A stretch of DNA of 64,000 bases from Arenicellales bacterium (GTDB lineage: Bacteria > Pseudomonadota > Gammaproteobacteria > Arenicellales > JAJDZL01): contig OZ253563.1 in assembly GCA_965262855.1 (NCBI GenBank), positions 2,467,011 to 2,531,010 of the forward strand, read 5' to 3'. This document shows positions 30,752-39,797 of the stretch, one piece after another. The position numbers and the translations under genes were made by a program. Within the stretch, counting starts at the first letter, position 1; the number at the start of each line of letters is the position of its first letter. The notes under the pieces are model-generated. The model did no database searches. It worked only from the letters and a program-made list of their open reading frames with translations, and was not told the origin of the DNA.

Positions 30752-32971
30752 TTGTGGTCAGGGGCGAGTGTTCCACCGAAATTTCCGAGTAACTTGCAAT
30801 TGACTGACATCACACACATCCTCAAGGATTTGAACGAACGGCAACGTGAAGCTGTTGTCGCACCTCCCGGTCCACTGCTGATTACTGCGGGTGCCGGAAG
30901 CGGCAAGACAGCGGTACTTGTTCGCCGTATCGCATGGCTAATCGAAGCAACCGGCGTGTCCAAGCATAGGATCATGGCTGTAACCTTTACCAATAAAGCA
31001 GCTCGAGAAATGAGGTCACGGGTGGAAAGTTTGTTGGGTAATCAATCAGCTCCATCCAAAATCGGAACTTTTCACGGGCTTTCGAATATTTTTCTACGCG
31101 TTCACCACCAGGAAGCCGGACTGTCCCGCGATTTCACGATTATGGACGCGGACGATCAGAAGTCTTTCATCAGTCGCCTGGTACGGGATCATCAACTGCC
31201 AATCGGTGACTTGTCAGCACGGGGATTCCAACACTACATTAATAAATGCAAAGAGCAGCAGATACGCGCGGCAAATGCGAATCCATCTAATCATCGTGAA
31301 GAAATCTACGCTGATGTTTATCGACTCTATGAGCACGAATGCAACTTGCGCGGCCTGGTGGACTTTACCGAGTTACTGTTAAGAACGCTGGAAGTCATGC
31401 AGCGGAACGAAATCGTACGAGACGCAAATCAGGAAAGGTATCAACATGTTCTGGTGGACGAATTTCAGGACACCAATGCGTTGCAACTTGAATGGCTGAA
31501 AATATTTTTCGCTAAGTATCGGAATGTTACCGCAGTTGGAGATGAAGATCAGTCGATCTACGGGTGGCGAGGCGCGGTAGCAGAAAACATGCTGGATTTT
31601 GAGAAATTATTCTCCAATGCAAAACTTATTCGGCTGGAACAGAATTATCGATCCACGCAGGCCATTCTCAACGCAGCAAATGCGGTAATTAGCAACAATC
31701 GAAATCGATATGAAAAGAAGCTGTGGACCGAACAGAAAGGTGGACGCTTGATAAAACTGTTCAGTGCCGAGGATTTTGAAGCGGAAGCTGCATTCATTGC
31801 CGACACAGTGGATCAGTTCGAATCTTCGAAATTATCCTATTCAGATTTTGCGGTTCTGTACCGAACAAATGCTCAGTCCAGAGTTTTCGAGGTTGAATTC
31901 AGTTCGCGAGGGATTCCTTTTCGCCTTTATGGAGGTGTGAGATTTTATTCCAGACTGGAAATAAAGCATGTCCTCGCTTATCTGCGCTTGCTTGTGGATC
32001 CTCACAACAACGATGCCTTTGAAAGAATCGTCAATAATCCTCCTCGGGGTATCGGAGATGGGACGCTGCGGAAAGTCGGGGAAGTGGCCAGGAACAGGGA
32101 AATCTCGAATTGGGATGCCACACTTGAAATTATCAGCGATACATCCTCTCAATCTCGTATGGTCGCCCCCCTGCGCAGATTCATTGAAATGATGGATGTA
32201 CTCAGGAATGAGTGTCAGGGAATTTCGTTGTACGCAATTATCGATCGCACAATTAAGGTTACCAAATTACGTGAATACTACATGGCACGCAATACAGACA
32301 TCGACATGGCGCGGGTTGAAAACCTGGACGAAATGCTGAATGCTGGAGCCAATTTCATTCGCAATAAGGAAATCGACGACAATGAAAACGCAATTGTGCC
32401 ATTTCTGGATGAAGTAACACTCGATGCCGGCGACACACACGATGCGAATCTCGATGCAGTTCAAATGATGACGCTGCACCTCGCCAAAGGGCTGGAATTC
32501 CCGGTGGTGTTTCTGACCGGCCTGGATGAGAACTTACTTCCGCATGCAAATGCAATATACAACCGCTCAGGATACCCATCTTCTGAACCGAATCCACTGG
32601 AAGAAGAACGCCGTTTGTGCTATGTCGGCATGACTCGGGCACAGCAGCAACTGTATTTAACGCGCGCAGACCGTCGTCTGCTACACGGACAGTGGCAAAG
32701 ATACAGACCGTCCAGATTTGCTGGTGAAATTCCCAGAGACTGTGTTGAATTCGTCGACCACAGCAAAATTGAATCTGTGACTACCCCGGCCCATGAGGAT
32801 GAACTTGTCGACTTGTTAGGCAAAGAGGTACGGCATGTTAAATTTGGCAATGGAGTCGTACTAAATACCGAAGAAGGTGGCGAGTATTGCCTTGTCAGAG
32901 TGAAATTTCATGTGAGCGGTGAAAAATTACTGGTCTGGGACCAGGCGAAACTACAGGTTTTGGAGAATTGA
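30752..32971 (+). CDS. uvrD: DNA helicase II
   Basis: LNERQREAV...AGAGSGKTAVLVRRIAWL (motif I), DEFQDTN, and C-terminal VRHVKFGNGVV. The start is uncertain (TTG 30752, 30794 or 30800). Confidence 0.93.
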   Translation: MWSGASVPPKFPSNLQLTDITHILKDLNERQREAVVAPPGPLLITAGAGSGKTAVLVRRIAWLIEATGVSKHRIMAVTFTNKAAREMRSRVESLLGNQSAPSKIGTFHGLSNIFLRVHHQEAGLSRDFTIMDADDQKSFISRLVRDHQLPIGDLSARGFQHYINKCKEQQIRAANANPSNHREEIYADVYRLYEHECNLRGLVDFTELLLRTLEVMQRNEIVRDANQERYQHVLVDEFQDTNALQLEWLKIFFAKYRNVTAVGDEDQSIYGWRGAVAENMLDFEKLFSNAKLIRLEQNYRSTQAILNAANAVISNNRNRYEKKLWTEQKGGRLIKLFSAEDFEAEAAFIADTVDQFESSKLSYSDFAVLYRTNAQSRVFEVEFSSRGIPFRLYGGVRFYSRLEIKHVLAYLRLLVDPHNNDAFERIVNNPPRGIGDGTLRKVGEVARNREISNWDATLEIISDTSSQSRMVAPLRRFIEMMDVLRNECQGISLYAIIDRTIKVTKLREYYMARNTDIDMARVENLDEMLNAGANFIRNKEIDDNENAIVPFLDEVTLDAGDTHDANLDAVQMMTLHLAKGLEFPVVFLTGLDENLLPHANAIYNRSGYPSSEPNPLEEERRLCYVGMTRAQQQLYLTRADRRLLHGQWQRYRPSRFAGEIPRDCVEFVDHSKIESVTTPAHEDELVDLLGKEVRHVKFGNGVVLNTEEGGEYCLVRVKFHVSGEKLLVWDQAKLQVLEN

Positions 32972-33088
32972 CCGTCCAGGCAATTCAATAAAGAATGGTA
33001 CGGCAATCGGACCGAGAAATATCACTCAGAATAACGTGTAGACTGAAATATATAATGATCTGATTTGGTTGAACAGGTAGGCGTGGAC

Positions 33089-33664
33089 ATGAACATATTG
33101 GACAAAACCGTTGAGTTTATCGAGATGAAAGATGGAACTCTTGAAGACTATCAACTGTTACATAAATACGAAAAAGAATTTACAAGAAATACAGCCAATC
33201 GAGTACTGGACCACTTGCTTGATCTCGAAAGCAGTCTGGCTGGCTATAAGATTACTCGGCTTGAACATGGGCTTCAAACTGCAACTCGGGCTTGGCGCGA
33301 CAACGCTGGCGAGGAAATGGCTGTTGCCGCACTGTTGCACGATATTGGCGACACTCTTTCACCGGAAAACCATGGCGAACTGGCCGCAGCGGTACTGCGA
33401 CCGTTCGTGTCGCCTGAAACCTATTGGATACTGAAGTATCATGGAATTTTTCAAGGCTATTACTTTTTCCATCACTTGGGGCAAGACAGAAATCTACGCG
33501 ATCGATATAAGGATCATCAGCACTATCAGGCATGCGTGGATTTTTGTGCGAACTGGGATCAATCTTCATTTGATCCAGAGTATGATTCTTTGCCGCTGGA
33601 ATTTTTTGAACCCATGGTTCAAACAGTCTTTGCGCGGGAACCGTTTGGTACTCACACAAACTGA
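33089..33664 (+). CDS. HD-domain protein (small PhnZ/TmpB-like size class)
   Basis: LEHGLQTA...AALLHDIGD...H...H pattern; about 190 aa. ATG 33089 is the preferred start. Confidence 0.65.
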   Translation: MNILDKTVEFIEMKDGTLEDYQLLHKYEKEFTRNTANRVLDHLLDLESSLAGYKITRLEHGLQTATRAWRDNAGEEMAVAALLHDIGDTLSPENHGELAAAVLRPFVSPETYWILKYHGIFQGYYFFHHLGQDRNLRDRYKDHQHYQACVDFCANWDQSSFDPEYDSLPLEFFEPMVQTVFAREPFGTHTN

Positions 33665-33722
33665 TCCGAAATTAATCAGGTTGATGTGATTCAACTGCTA
33701 ACTTTAATTTGAACTAGGAAAC

Positions 33723-34649
33723 ATGACAGCATCATTTAGCGACAGAGACGGAATTATCTGGAATAACGGTACGCTAGTGCCTTGGCGAGAAGCAAATGTA
33801 CATATTCTCACGCATTCCCTGCACTACGGCGTGGCTGTATTCGAAGGGCTTCGGGCCTATCAGACAAATGACGGCACCGCAATCTTTCGACTACAGGATC
33901 ACACCAATCGATTGTTTGCATCGGCTCATATCTTGCGCATGAAGATTCCGTTCGATCACGAAACCTTGAACGAGGCACAATGCACTGTCCTTCGAGAAAA
34001 CGGACTCGAAAGCGGCTACATACGTCCAATTGTTTACTATGGATCTGAAGGAATGGGATTACGGGCTGATAACCTCTCAACCCACGTGATGATCGCGGCT
34101 TGGGACTGGGGTGCCTATCTGGGAGCAGAAGGCATTAAAAATGGCATTCGCGTAAAAACGTCTTCATTTTCGAGGTTGCATGTGAATGTAGCCATGTGCC
34201 GCGCCAAAGCCTGCGGGAATTACATCAATTCAATTCTGGCGTTGCAAGAAGCACTAGACAACGGTGCGGATGAAGCGTTGCTGCTGGATACCGAAGGCTA
34301 CGTGATGGAAGGGTCCGGTGAGAATGTGTTTATTGTAAGAAACAACAAAGTCATTACTCCCGACATGGCTTCCACACTGGAAGGGATTACCAGGCTCACC
34401 GTTTTCGATCTGCTTGCAGAAATGGGATATCAGGTTGAGGAACGACGAATTACTCGTGATGAAGTATACATCGCAGATGAAGCTTTCTTTACCGGTACAG
34501 CAGCAGAAGTGACTCCAATTCGAGAACTGGACGGAAGAGTGATTGGCGACGGAAAACCCGGACCGATTACCAAACAACTACAGTCCAAATATTTTGATGT
34601 AGTAGAGGGAAGAAGCAAGAAGCACCGTGACTGGCTGACTTACGTTTGA
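33723..34649 (+). CDS. ilvE: Branched-chain-amino-acid aminotransferase
   Basis: Class IV aminotransferase with GVAVFEGLRAY, CGNYINSILA and EGSGENVF motifs; 308 aa. Confidence 0.93.
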   Translation: MTASFSDRDGIIWNNGTLVPWREANVHILTHSLHYGVAVFEGLRAYQTNDGTAIFRLQDHTNRLFASAHILRMKIPFDHETLNEAQCTVLRENGLESGYIRPIVYYGSEGMGLRADNLSTHVMIAAWDWGAYLGAEGIKNGIRVKTSSFSRLHVNVAMCRAKACGNYINSILALQEALDNGADEALLLDTEGYVMEGSGENVFIVRNNKVITPDMASTLEGITRLTVFDLLAEMGYQVEERRITRDEVYIADEAFFTGTAAEVTPIRELDGRVIGDGKPGPITKQLQSKYFDVVEGRSKKHRDWLTYV

Positions 34650-34656
34650 GATAACA

Positions 34657-34863
34657 GTGATGAAGACGAAAAGCTATCAACCGAGACCAGGGGACTCCCC
34701 GAACACGGACATGTTTGTAAATGTCACGAAAGATGATCTCCCACTTCATTGCCCGCTGGAGCGTATGAGGTTGTGGGATTCTCATCCGCGCGTCTACCTG
34801 CCTATTGAAGAAACCGGGGAAGAGCAATGCCCTTATTGCGGTACCCGGTTCGTTCTGGTGTAG
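34657..34863 (+). CDS. Zinc-finger (zf-CHCC type) domain protein
   Basis: LHCP...HPRVYL...CPYCGTRFVL pattern; 68 aa. Confidence 0.65.
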   Translation: MMKTKSYQPRPGDSPNTDMFVNVTKDDLPLHCPLERMRLWDSHPRVYLPIEETGEEQCPYCGTRFVLV

Positions 34864-34926
34864 CAGATCAAGCAATCTATTGGTTCGTTCTGGTACTCTT
34901 GTGGGCGATATTTCTAGCCCATACTG

Positions 34927-36546
34927 ATGAACGTTAATATGCCCTGCATCCGTCAAATACGAGATTCAGAGCAAATTTTTACTCGTTTTCAGGAGTACGA
35001 AGAATTACTCGCTGAACGCAGCATCTGCTCAAGGATTTTTTCAAAGGATGTCAGCATCTGGAACGAATCCGGGGTTTCTCCCATTCCTTCGGACCGCTGC
35101 CTGGATTGGACAGATTCGTTTCAGCGATCGCTTCCAACCGTTACCGAAGTGCCACAATTGTCGAAGCAAGTCGATACGGTTGTACTGATCGGAATGGGAG
35201 GCGCGAGTCTCGCTGTCAGAGTATATGCCGAAGTTTGCTGTAGTGAAACCAGGCGCACCTTGCGCATTCTGGACAGCACTTCTCCAGATTTCCTGGCGAA
35301 GGCACTGCAACAACCAGAATCGAAAGGCAATTACTACTTAGTATCCAGCAAGTCTGGAAATACTGTAGAAACTCTCGATATCGCAAGAACCGTTTTTGAG
35401 CGCGTAGGATGTCCGAGCCAGTTCTCAGTTTTGACCGACCCATGCACTGGCAAGCTGAGGGAATGGGCAAAGGATAATGACATCACGTCATTTGTATCCG
35501 ATTCCCATGTACCGGGTCGATTTTCTGCGTTGAGCAGTCTTGGGCTCATCCCCATAAAAATATTAGGAATCGATCTGTCTCCGCTACAGGAAGTGATAGA
35601 TGACCATGTTGGGATGATGAAGATAAGTGATTCAAGCTACGGAATCGAAACTCGACAGCTTGCAGCGGCTATGGCTTGTGCAGCAACTGAACCCGGCAGT
35701 CGAATGCTGTTGTCAGCGAATGCGAATTTGCTACCTGCTCTGCAATGGATTGAGCAGATTGTTGGAGAAAGTCTGGGAAAGTCGGGGCATGGAGTACTTC
35801 CAGTAATTCAGGTCCCGATGTCCAAAGAGACTGACAATGATGAATTGCAGGTGTGTCTTTGCACCGAGCAAACTGAATCTGCACTGATATTTCAAACCAG
35901 ACTACCGAATATCAGCCAGTTGGCGCGCATGTTCCTTACTTTCGAAACTGCTATTTCAATGGCTGCATACTTGATCAGCGTAAATCCGTTTGATCAACCG
36001 GAAGTGGAACACAGCAAACAGATAGTGTCAGATTCTTTGGATTCAGATAACAATCGCTCTCGTCCGATCACAGACCAAGAAATCGGTGTGAACCGATCAG
36101 CTGACTCGGTTCAGAAGATTCAAGAAGCGATCTTGAAACTTGAATCTTCAATTGGGATTCACGACTATGTCGCGTTGCTCGCTTACGTGTCGCCGACTGC
36201 TGAAAATGAACAGATGCTGTCTGAAATTGCGAAGAATCTGAAGGCTATTATCGGACGTAGTGTAGTGCAAAATTTTGGACCGCAGTATCTGCATTCAACG
36301 GGGCAGTTTCACAAAGGCGGCCCCGCCACCGGGAACTTCCTAATAATCAAAACGGATCAAGACGCAGATATTGATGTAGCTAGGCAATCCTACACATTCG
36401 GCAGACTCATGGAACTCCAGGCATCGGTCGATACTGAAGTGTTACGCGAACTTGGCCGTCCTGTCTACCAATTTCGAGTTATGCAGCCCGTTACCAAGAG
36501 CCTCCAAAACTTAGCAGAGGCTATTCGGAGTGTCGGGCGAATTTAA
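34927..36546 (+). CDS. pgi: Glucose-6-phosphate isomerase
   Basis: SIS-domain motifs VVLIGMGGASL, SKSGNTVET and GRFSALS, plus the PGI signature NPFDQPEVEHSK. Confidence 0.85.
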   Translation: MNVNMPCIRQIRDSEQIFTRFQEYEELLAERSICSRIFSKDVSIWNESGVSPIPSDRCLDWTDSFQRSLPTVTEVPQLSKQVDTVVLIGMGGASLAVRVYAEVCCSETRRTLRILDSTSPDFLAKALQQPESKGNYYLVSSKSGNTVETLDIARTVFERVGCPSQFSVLTDPCTGKLREWAKDNDITSFVSDSHVPGRFSALSSLGLIPIKILGIDLSPLQEVIDDHVGMMKISDSSYGIETRQLAAAMACAATEPGSRMLLSANANLLPALQWIEQIVGESLGKSGHGVLPVIQVPMSKETDNDELQVCLCTEQTESALIFQTRLPNISQLARMFLTFETAISMAAYLISVNPFDQPEVEHSKQIVSDSLDSDNNRSRPITDQEIGVNRSADSVQKIQEAILKLESSIGIHDYVALLAYVSPTAENEQMLSEIAKNLKAIIGRSVVQNFGPQYLHSTGQFHKGGPATGNFLIIKTDQDADIDVARQSYTFGRLMELQASVDTEVLRELGRPVYQFRVMQPVTKSLQNLAEAIRSVGRI

Positions 36547-37166
36547 TCCAGTCCCTGCATGTAGACAGCGAGGTCCTCAATTTGCTGAAGCGAGAGTCGA
36601 AATGAGATCGTTTCCATTTCCTCGCTTTTGCGTTCACCGGTTTTGAATTGCAGTAGTGATTGAACCAGATACTCTTTAAACTGCCCCGAAACCTTTGGGT
36701 AACGAGAAGGAATCCCATCTCCAGCCGGACCATGACAAGCCATGCAGGCGGGTACGGAATACTGGCTTAAGCCCCGCCTGTAAATTTCCTGTCCACGCCT
36801 GGCCGCGACCAGGTCCGATTCGGCAATGCTTGCCTTGCTGGCTTCATGCTGTAAATAGTAGGCATCTATGTCCTGCATATCCTGCTTAGACAAATTCAAG
36901 ATCATGCCCATCATAACTGCACTCTGCCTTGCTCCCGACTGATACGCTGCGAGTTGGGTTGCAATGTAGCCGGGCACTTGTCCGGCAATCTTTGGGAATT
37001 CAGGATTGATGCTATTTCCATCAGCTCCATGGCAAGCTGCGCATGCTGTCGCTTTTTCCTTGCCAGCAACAGGATCACCAGCTCCCAATGCCAAACTGGT
37101 TATGGTCAGTAATATTCCGAATGTCGATATCAATGTACAAACTTTTTTCAGCATGGCTGCTTGCAT
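36543..37166 (-). CDS. Diheme cytochrome c4
   Basis: Two heme sites, CAACHGADG and CMACHGPAG, with a signal peptide. The start is ATG 37166 or 37154. Its stop overlaps the pgi stop by 4 bp (convergent). Confidence 0.88.
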   Translation of the reverse strand: MQAAMLKKVCTLISTFGILLTITSLALGAGDPVAGKEKATACAACHGADGNSINPEFPKIAGQVPGYIATQLAAYQSGARQSAVMMGMILNLSKQDMQDIDAYYLQHEASKASIAESDLVAARRGQEIYRRGLSQYSVPACMACHGPAGDGIPSRYPKVSGQFKEYLVQSLLQFKTGERKSEEMETISFRLSLQQIEDLAVYMQGLD

Positions 37167-37274
37167 AGTGTTGATTTCCAATTTTATGGTGGTTTGTAAA
37201 TCCAGATTTGTTAAGTTGATTCTGACAATTTTGGCTAAATATATCACGAATTGAGGTTTAAGAGTTCAGGCTTG

Positions 37275-37279
37275 TAAAG
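37275..37279. repeat. Target-site duplication TAAAG (left) of the IS1380-family element
   Basis: An identical 5-mer abuts both inverted repeats. Confidence 0.75.
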
Positions 37280-37399
37280 CCCTAATCCGCAATTAGAAAT
37301 CTGAGATCAATAGAAAAGCCTTGTACAATAAGGCTTTCATAAACAATCGAATTTCACCCAATGGGTGAAGCCCAAAAATATCTCAGAGGTACAAGGCTC

Positions 37400-38728
37400 A
37401 TGTCGATTTTACCCCATAAAATTGGAATCAGCAAACGTATTTTAACCTCCCGCGCCGGTTTGATCGTCGTTGCACAGCTAATGCAGCGGCTTGGTCTGGA
37501 ACAATTGGCGGATCGGCAATTGCCTGTAGCGGGCAGCAACCGCGGCTACCGTCAAGGCGCGATGTTCAATATTTTCATGTTGCTGTTTCATGAAGGCGGC
37601 AAATGTCTTGACGACGTAAGCCATTTGCAAAAAGAAAAGCCTTTGATGAAGCTATTGGGCTGCGGGAAGTTGCCTGGGGCCAAGACACTGGGCAATTGGT
37701 TGCGGCGCGCCGGGCGCAGTGATCAGGCGATGCAGGGATTGGTCAATCTCAACAAAACAATTCTTGCAGCAGGGCTTTACAACCGAACGCAGATTACCTT
37801 GGACATAGATGCTACGGTGATCGAATCGAACAAGCGTGCAGCTCGGTACACGTATAAAAAGCACCGTGGCTACACGCCGATGGTCGGGCACATCGCTGAA
37901 ACCGACCAGGTGGTGGCGGTAGAGTTTCGAGAAGGCAATGAATCTCCGAACAAAGAGAATTTACAGTTCATCCAGCGCTGTGAGTCGGCATTGCCGGAGG
38001 GTGTGTCGGTATCGGATGTTCGCATTGATGCTGCCGGCTATCAAGCCGCGGTGATCAACTATGCGATGGACAGTGGCATGGGCTTTGCGATCCGTGCCAA
38101 GATGGATAGTGCGGTCAAAGAAACCATCTCTGAAATCAAAGATTGCGAATGGCGCCCATTGGTATATCGTGATGGCAGTGAATCGGACACAGAACAGGTT
38201 TGTCGCACGTTGCATGTGATGACAAAAACAGAAGCGTTTACGCTGATTGTGCAAAGAAAGCACATTGATGATGATGACAACTCACAGTTGGACATTTTGA
38301 TCAACAGCGATGCTGAAACAGGGGTACGGGGTCGCAACATTTATCGTGCGATTGCAACCAACAAGGATGAGTTATCAGACCCCGAGGTGGTGCATTTTTA
38401 TAACCAGCGTGGCGAGTCGAGCGAAAACAGAATCAAGGAGCTTCGCAGTGATTTCGCCGCCGCCAGATTGCCCTGTGGGGACTTTCATGCCAATGCAGCA
38501 TGGCTGATGTTAAGCTCAATGGCCTATAACCTGTTTGCCTTGATGCGGATGGTATTGCCGCATTCGTTGTCAACTGCCCGTGCTCCTACAGTGCGTTTGC
38601 GTCTGTATGATGTCGCCGCACTGATCGTACGCCATGCCCGGCAATGGACAGTGAAAGTCAATGCCTGCCACCGCAAGGTGATGGATGAAGCGCTGGATCA
38701 TATTCGAGGCTTTCCGCTGCTGTTATGA
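37400..38728 (+). CDS. IS1380 family transposase
   Basis: N-terminal ILTSRAGL, DIDATVIE, RIDAAGY and YNQRGESSENRIKELRSDF...HANAAWLMLSSMAYNL. ATG 37400 is preferred over 37361, which lies inside a palindrome. Confidence 0.85.
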   Translation: MSILPHKIGISKRILTSRAGLIVVAQLMQRLGLEQLADRQLPVAGSNRGYRQGAMFNIFMLLFHEGGKCLDDVSHLQKEKPLMKLLGCGKLPGAKTLGNWLRRAGRSDQAMQGLVNLNKTILAAGLYNRTQITLDIDATVIESNKRAARYTYKKHRGYTPMVGHIAETDQVVAVEFREGNESPNKENLQFIQRCESALPEGVSVSDVRIDAAGYQAAVINYAMDSGMGFAIRAKMDSAVKETISEIKDCEWRPLVYRDGSESDTEQVCRTLHVMTKTEAFTLIVQRKHIDDDDNSQLDILINSDAETGVRGRNIYRAIATNKDELSDPEVVHFYNQRGESSENRIKELRSDFAAARLPCGDFHANAAWLMLSSMAYNLFALMRMVLPHSLSTARAPTVRLRLYDVAALIVRHARQWTVKVNACHRKVMDEALDHIRGFPLLL

Positions 38729-38732
38729 GCTG

Positions 38733-38754
38733 AGCGCCTCGGGTGGCGCTTTTT
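38733..38754 (+). terminator. Rho-independent-type terminator after the IS1380 transposase gene
   Basis: Stem AGCGCC / GGCGCT, loop TCGGGT, followed by TTTT. Confidence 0.55.
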
Positions 38755-38973
38755 CGAACCGAGCTTGAATCCATTCCGACTCCGGAAGGGTTGCGCACCT
38801 TTGCACAGTGGCGAAAATGCCAGCGGACAATGCATCAGGTTGGCAATCTCCTGCAAATCCAGACAAATTCTTCGTGTTGCTCCTGTCTTCGATAATCGGA
38901 GCTGTAAAATCCAGTAAATTCGCTAAAATCTTGCTGATGTTAAGCGAATTCATTCTCTAATTTCGGATTTGGG

Positions 38974-38978
38974 TAAAG
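38974..38978. repeat. Target-site duplication TAAAG (right) of the IS1380-family element
   Basis: An identical 5-mer abuts both inverted repeats. Confidence 0.75.
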
Positions 38979-39189
38979 CATATCCCAACTCGGTTGCAAG
39001 CGATAATAGGAAGGTTCGACCTGTAAGTGAAATATATTGATAGAATCAAAGCGGCTTCAATAAAAGAAGGAGTGGTGTTATGTAATTTCGAATGAACTCA
39101 TCGACACTGTGAAGCCGTTTTGCCGAATTCCCGTAGTTGGAAGTAGCAATCTTGAAAGTGTGGAATCAAACAAAAATGAGTGTATTCAG

Positions 39190-39789
39190 GTGGCAATCAA
39201 CCTCAACAATGCAGAATTTATCGTAGCGGCCCACAAGCCTTCTCAATGGATGACAGATGAAGGCTTTGAGGTAGCGTTTGCGGGTCGTTCAAATAGTGGA
39301 AAATCCACTGCCCTCAATTCAGTTACAAGACGTAAAGGGCTCGCGAAAACGAGCAAGACACCGGGACGAACCCAGCAGATCGTTTTCTTTCAGATAACGC
39401 CGGACATAAGACTGGTAGATTTGCCCGGTTACGGTTACGCAAAAGTGCCGGAGCGAGTGCGGCTGCACTGGGCCAGGGTTATAGAGCGGTACCTTGAAAC
39501 CCGAGTCAGCCTGCGCGGGCTGATCCTGACGATGGACATACGACACCCTCTGAAGCCTCTTGATGTGCAAATCATCAACTGGTGTCGTCAGTCCGCTGTT
39601 CGTATCCACATTCTATTGACAAAATCCGACAAGCTTTCCAAGTCTAAAACAGCGTCGATTCTGGCCTCGGTGAAAAACGAATTCAATGATTGTGAAGATG
39701 TAACGCTACAGGCGTTTTCCGGTACAACGGGTTTGGGCGTTAATCAGGCACAGGAAATTATCTGCAACCTGTTGGGGCAAGTTGATTGA
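39190..39789 (+). CDS. engB: Ribosome biogenesis GTP-binding protein YihA/YsxC
   Basis: EVAFAGRSNSGKSTALN (G1), KTPGRTQ, DLPGYGYA and LTKSDK (G4). GTG 39190 is the likely start by alignment to E. coli EngB as recalled; the ORF is open from 39109. Confidence 0.88.
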   Translation: MAINLNNAEFIVAAHKPSQWMTDEGFEVAFAGRSNSGKSTALNSVTRRKGLAKTSKTPGRTQQIVFFQITPDIRLVDLPGYGYAKVPERVRLHWARVIERYLETRVSLRGLILTMDIRHPLKPLDVQIINWCRQSAVRIHILLTKSDKLSKSKTASILASVKNEFNDCEDVTLQAFSGTTGLGVNQAQEIICNLLGQVD

Positions 39790-39797
39790 CTTTGTTT

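Larger units (their letters stand above)
37280..38973 (+). mobile_element. IS1380-family insertion sequence (1694 bp), apparently intact
   Basis: The terminal inverted repeats are CCCTAATCCGCAATTAGA (37280-37297) and the reverse complement of 38956-38973, CCCAAATCCGAAATTAGA (16/18 match, CC tips). It carries a single DDE transposase ORF and a 5-bp TSD. Confidence 0.85.

Noticed and set aside
23981-33664. TauD-like dioxygenase plus HD-domain protein as a PhnY/PhnZ-type phosphonate oxidation pair
   Set aside because: The two genes are 8 kb apart, on opposite strands, and separated by unrelated genes (Fic, tolC, uvrD). There is no operon evidence.
36543-36546. 4-bp overlap of the convergent pgi and cytochrome c4 stop codons
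   Set aside because: It is real in the sequence but is a common consequence of compact genomes. I saw no shared terminator structure.
37353-37369. The 17-bp palindrome TTCACCCAATGGGTGAA, first considered as a host regulatory site or REP element because a near-identical copy occurs at 62849-62865
   Set aside because: Both copies lie at the same position inside IS1380-family left ends, so the palindrome is an IS-internal feature and not a chromosomal regulatory repeat.
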